Assembly (NCBI GenBank): GCA_965216875.1
Contig: OZ244207.1
Location: 1,856,001 to 1,920,000, forward strand
DNA from: Rubripirellula sp.
GTDB lineage: Bacteria > Planctomycetota > Planctomycetia > Pirellulales > Pirellulaceae
Length of the DNA: 64,000 bases
Direction of reading: 5' to 3'
Position 1 is the first letter of the stretch. Each line of letters starts with the position of its first letter. The translations under genes were made by a program, and so were the position numbers. A model generated the notes under the pieces. That model saw nothing but the letters and a program-made list of their open reading frames with translations, did not search any database and was not told where the DNA came from. Shown one piece after another: positions 59,955 to 64,000 of the stretch.

Positions 59955-62900
59955 ATGATGAAACGTTGCAGGATCGCAGTTTGCATTGTCGTTTGGATCT
60001 GCGCGAGCCAATCGTCCGACGCGTCAGACGGACAATTTCAAAAAGACGTTCTCCCGATCCTGCAAACGCACTGCGTTCGCTGTCACAACCCCGGTAATGC
60101 CAAAGGCGATGTTTCGGTCGCTACTCTCGAAGGGTTGGCTGATTACATCGAAGCGGGTGACTCCGAGAACAGCTATTTGGTTGAGCTGGTACAAGGTTCG
60201 GATGATGAGCCGCCGGAGATGCCGAAAGAGGGCAAGCCGCTTTCATGGGGCGAAGTTGAATCAATCGCAAATTGGATCGACGCGGGGGCGCATTGGCCCG
60301 AGGAGGTTGTGGTTCGCGAGAAACCGAAAGCGGATGCCTCTTGGTGGTCCATTCAACCCTTGGAAACCGATTTCGAAGGGGCGGCCTCCATTGATGATTT
60401 CGTTATCAACAAGCTGGACGAAGCTGGTCTCGAGCAAAACGCGCCCGCTGATCGGCGAACCCTGATTCGACGGGCAACGTTTGATTTGATCGGTTTGCCT
60501 CCGACACCCGAAGAAGTCGAAGCGTTTGTTAACGACCCTGATCCGTACGCCTACGAACAGTTGATCGATCGACTGCTTGCTTCGCCACACTATGGCCAAC
60601 GTTGGGGCCGGCACTGGTTGGACGTGGTGCGTTTTGGCGAAAGCAATGGGTTCGAGCGCAACGTGATCATCAATGATTTGTGGCCCTTCCGCGACTACGT
60701 CATTCGATCGATCAACGAAGACAAGCCGTTTGACGAATTCATTCGTGAGCACCTTGCGGGGGACGTGCTGGGCAAGAACGATCCCGGTCGCGAAATCGGC
60801 TCGGCATTCCTTGTTGCCGGTCCCTACGACAACGTGGGCAACCAAGACCCCGTTGCAGCTGCGCAGATTCGAGCCAATACGATTGACGAGATGATCCGTG
60901 CATCGGGAGAGGCGTTCCTTGGGCTAACGATGGGATGTGCGCGTTGCCACGACCACAAGTTTGATCCGATCAGCCAGGAGGACTACTACGGTTGGTATTC
61001 AACGTTTGCTGGGGTTCGCCATGGGTCGCGAACGTGGGCAACCAAGGAGCAAATTGCCGGGCGCGACGCAAAGGTAAAGCCGCTTCAGAAGCAGCGCGCA
61101 ACGCTTGTGGCGCGACAAAACGAATTGAACAGTGCAATCACCAAGCGACTTTGGGACCGTGAGTGGAATCGTCCGGCGGTCAGCGCGAAAAAGAACGTTG
61201 AGACTTTCGAGCCTGTCGATGCCAAGTTCGTGAGGTTTTCGGTCCAACGATCGAGCACAAGTCAGCCTTGTGTTGACGAAATCGAAATCTATTCCGTGGG
61301 CGACGACGCGAACGTAGCGCTAGCAGCCAATGGAACGAAAGCGACAGCATCGTCACTCCTTCCTGGTTATGCGATTCACCAGATCGAACACATTAACGAC
61401 GGCAAAGCGGGGAACGAAAACAGCTGGATCTCCAAAGAGTCGACCGGTTGGGTTCAGTTGGCATTTCCGTCGCTTAAAAAAATCGACCGTGTGGTTTGGG
61501 GCCGGGACCGCGACGGCCGATTTCGCGATCGCGTTCCGACCGAATACACGATCGAAGTTTCGGTTGATGGTAAGCAATGGCAACGCGTTGTTGACGGAAG
61601 CGACCGCAAACCGTTCGACGAAGCTCAGTTACTTGCCCGCTGGAAACAGGAGGGGGTGTCTGAGATTGAGCAGCGTTGGGTTCGCGCTGCAGTCGATCGG
61701 CGAGAAACGGAGGAACGTTTTGAGCCGGTGAGAGCGAAGTTCGTCCGTCTTGTTTGTGAGGCTCAGGATATCAACCCGGCGTCGAGTTCAGGATTTCGCA
61801 TCGACGAGATGGAAGTCTGGACGAATGGAGAAAAATCGCAAAACGTGGCGCTGCAAAAGCACGGAGGGAAAGCGACGGGGCGTTCACGCGAAATCAAAGA
61901 CTTTGCTGGAGCCTATGGTGCGCACTTGGCAAATGACGGCAAGGCAGGCGAGCGGTTCATCGCAACGGGCAATGATTTGACGATTGAATTGTCGGAGCCC
62001 GTCAGTATTGATCGAATGGTCTTTTCGAGTGCACGTGGTGAGTCGACTCCAGAGCACCGCAAGTTCGTCTTCGTTGCCGACTACCGGATTGAAGTCTCGC
62101 TTGACGGGAAACAATGGAATGAGGTGGCCAACGGTCGCGACCGAAAGCCCGTCAATGATGCTCATCGCAATCATCGCATTGCAAAGCTAACGGGATCGCA
62201 GTCGGAAGAGCAGCAAGAGCTCGAGCGGGTCGGACAGCAAATTGCCAAGGCCGATCGTCAGATCGCTCAGGCCAACAAGTTGCCAACGGCTTGGCTGGGA
62301 TCTCGGCAGAAGGCTGACGGACCTTTCCACGTCTTTCTCGGCGGCAGCCCACAGAAAAAGGGTGCGGAGGTGACGCCCAAGAGCCTTTCGGCGATGGCAA
62401 CGACCGCGCCAGTCTATTCGGCAGGTGGTGGCGCTGACGAAAAGGACCGACGTATCGAACTCGCCAATTGGATCACCGACGACAACAACCCTCTGACGGC
62501 TCGTGTCTTGGCGAATCGGATTTGGCAGCACCATTTCGGCACCGGGATTGTCGATACGCCCAATGATCTCGGATACATGGGCGGTCGACCCACGCATCCA
62601 AAGTTACTCGACTTCCTGGCGAGCGAATTGGTTCGTGGCGGTTGGCGGCTCAAGTCGATGCATCGATCGATCATGCTGACCAAGACCTACCAACAATCTT
62701 CGCGTTGGCATGAAAAGGCCGCGAAGATGGACGGCGATAGTCGATTGCTTTGGCGATTCCCGCCGCGTCGACTTTCGGCCGAGGAAGTTCGCGATTCGGT
62801 GTTGCAGGTATCGGGCAAACTTGAACGGTCAAGCGGCGATGGCACCGTTGACGGAGGCCCAGGCTTTCGCCTGTACGAGTACCAACAGGACAACGTTGCG

Positions 62901-63299
62901 ACGTACGTGCCACTCGACGCGCACGGACCTGAAACGTACCGCAGAGCGGTGTATCACCAGAACGCTCGTGCGTCGGTGATTGACTTGATGACCGAGTTTG
63001 ACCAGCCCGATTGCGCTTTTTCGGAACCGCGCCGCGCGAGCACGACGACGCCACTTCAAGCCCTGACGCTACTCAACCACCGCTTTACCGTTGACATGGC
63101 CAAAGCGTTTGCCGATCGGCTTGCCGCCGAATCGCAAAGCGACGTCAGCGCGCAAATCGACAACGCCTACCAGCACTGCTACGGCCGGCATGCAACGAAA
63201 GATGAGCTGTCACTGGCGAGTGACTTTGTCGAAAAGAACTCGTTGGCGGCGTTTTGCCGAGTTCTGTTTAACACGAGCGAACTGATTTATGTCCGATAG
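59955..63299 (+). CDS. Planctomycete cytochrome c / DUF1549 / DUF1553 protein with duplicated discoidin (F5/8)-like inserts
   Basis: CVRCH, 'LIRR..FDL.GLPPT', 'R.G.HWLD..R', CARCHDHKFDP, 'NPLTARV..NR.WQ.HFG', 'TPLQAL.L.N'. Confidence 0.92.
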   Translation: MMKRCRIAVCIVVWICASQSSDASDGQFQKDVLPILQTHCVRCHNPGNAKGDVSVATLEGLADYIEAGDSENSYLVELVQGSDDEPPEMPKEGKPLSWGEVESIANWIDAGAHWPEEVVVREKPKADASWWSIQPLETDFEGAASIDDFVINKLDEAGLEQNAPADRRTLIRRATFDLIGLPPTPEEVEAFVNDPDPYAYEQLIDRLLASPHYGQRWGRHWLDVVRFGESNGFERNVIINDLWPFRDYVIRSINEDKPFDEFIREHLAGDVLGKNDPGREIGSAFLVAGPYDNVGNQDPVAAAQIRANTIDEMIRASGEAFLGLTMGCARCHDHKFDPISQEDYYGWYSTFAGVRHGSRTWATKEQIAGRDAKVKPLQKQRATLVARQNELNSAITKRLWDREWNRPAVSAKKNVETFEPVDAKFVRFSVQRSSTSQPCVDEIEIYSVGDDANVALAANGTKATASSLLPGYAIHQIEHINDGKAGNENSWISKESTGWVQLAFPSLKKIDRVVWGRDRDGRFRDRVPTEYTIEVSVDGKQWQRVVDGSDRKPFDEAQLLARWKQEGVSEIEQRWVRAAVDRRETEERFEPVRAKFVRLVCEAQDINPASSSGFRIDEMEVWTNGEKSQNVALQKHGGKATGRSREIKDFAGAYGAHLANDGKAGERFIATGNDLTIELSEPVSIDRMVFSSARGESTPEHRKFVFVADYRIEVSLDGKQWNEVANGRDRKPVNDAHRNHRIAKLTGSQSEEQQELERVGQQIAKADRQIAQANKLPTAWLGSRQKADGPFHVFLGGSPQKKGAEVTPKSLSAMATTAPVYSAGGGADEKDRRIELANWITDDNNPLTARVLANRIWQHHFGTGIVDTPNDLGYMGGRPTHPKLLDFLASELVRGGWRLKSMHRSIMLTKTYQQSSRWHEKAAKMDGDSRLLWRFPPRRLSAEEVRDSVLQVSGKLERSSGDGTVDGGPGFRLYEYQQDNVATYVPLDAHGPETYRRAVYHQNARASVIDLMTEFDQPDCAFSEPRRASTTTPLQALTLLNHRFTVDMAKAFADRLAAESQSDVSAQIDNAYQHCYGRHATKDELSLASDFVEKNSLAAFCRVLFNTSELIYVR

Positions 63300-64000
63300 A
63301 GCATCGATTCTTGAGTATTTGTCGCGACGTGGCTTCTTGGGGAATGTCTCGTCCGGTTTGGGCGCGATTGGCTTGATGCAATTGCTTTCGGCGCCGGCAT
63401 CTGCCAAGAGTCCAAACGCGTCGGGCGACGCCCAGAAGACGCACTTTCCTGGCAAAGCGAAGCGTGTTCTGCAGATCTTTTGCCCCGGGGCGGCGTCCCA
63501 CATCGATTTGTGGGAGCACAAGCCGTCGCTTGAGAAGCATCATGGGCAACCGTTGCCTGGCGAGGAAGAGTTCTTTTCGTTTCAAGGAAAGAACGGAAAC
63601 TTGATGAAGAGCCCTTGGGCGTTTGCCCCAGGCGGTGAAAGCGGCAAGATGATCAGTTCGATGTTGCCGCACATGAGTGAACACGTCGATGACATCGCGT
63701 TCTTGCACGCGATGCATAGCAAGACGAATACTCATGGGCCTGGTTGCGTGTTCATGAATACGGGACATGACACGGAGGGGTTTCCGAGTGCCGGTGCGTG
63801 GACAAGTTATGCGCTCGGCAGCGAGAACGAAGACCTTCCGGCCTACGTTGCCATCACCGACATCCGAGGTGAACCACCGAACGGCAAAGCGAACTGGGCG
63901 AACGGATTCCTGCCCGCGCGTCATCAAGCGATCATGATGAGCGATCAAAAGCCGATTCGTAATTTGAGAACGCCGCAATCGATTTCGACTGAGCAGGAAA
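63289..64000 (+). CDS. DUF1501 domain protein, 3'-truncated (not in ORF track)
   Basis: ATG at 63289 overlaps the upstream stop. MSDRASILEYLSRRGFL (Tat-like), 'KAKRV.QIF..G..SH.D....KP', 'PSAGAW..YALG'. Confidence 0.9.
   Translation, partial: MSDRASILEYLSRRGFLGNVSSGLGAIGLMQLLSAPASAKSPNASGDAQKTHFPGKAKRVLQIFCPGAASHIDLWEHKPSLEKHHGQPLPGEEEFFSFQGKNGNLMKSPWAFAPGGESGKMISSMLPHMSEHVDDIAFLHAMHSKTNTHGPGCVFMNTGHDTEGFPSAGAWTSYALGSENEDLPAYVAITDIRGEPPNGKANWANGFLPARHQAIMMSDQKPIRNLRTPQSISTEQE

Overview
A 64-kb chromosomal window from a planctomycete, most likely Pirellulaceae-like. The assignment rests on a DUF1549/DUF1553 cytochrome gene next to a DUF1501 gene, a PVC-type CxxCH protein, a planctomycete extracellular/dockerin protein and several Cys-type sulfatases. 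It holds about 47 CDS and one tRNA-Gln(CTG). Housekeeping genes include a TolC-family protein, deaD, cls, pgsA, an ogt/ada-type gene, groES, fcl-gmd, glgP, an acylphosphatase and an FHA-GAF-PP2C phosphatase. I found no CRISPR array, rRNA, transposase or integrase. The most interesting items are: (1) a three-gene minus-strand unit encoding a Zn-ribbon/membrane Ser/Thr kinase, a Cys-rich orphan protein and a two-domain protein with a fungal MNN/GT71-like mannosyltransferase domain, with a 15-bp tandem array in front of the last gene; (2) a modular family of 140-185 bp non-coding elements that share one CTAGTGCTA...GATTGCAA end but carry different palindromic cores, often overlap stop codons, and bracket one gene as an inverted pair; (3) a sulfatase fused to a beta-propeller/HEAT/cytochrome c protein; (4) a small protein resembling release-factor domain 3 with the GGQ loop deleted; (5) a 4xCBS protein in an unusual A-A-B-B order; (6) a leishmanolysin-like protease domain apparently inserted inside a PKD domain. 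All family calls come from motif recognition by eye, and no searches were run.
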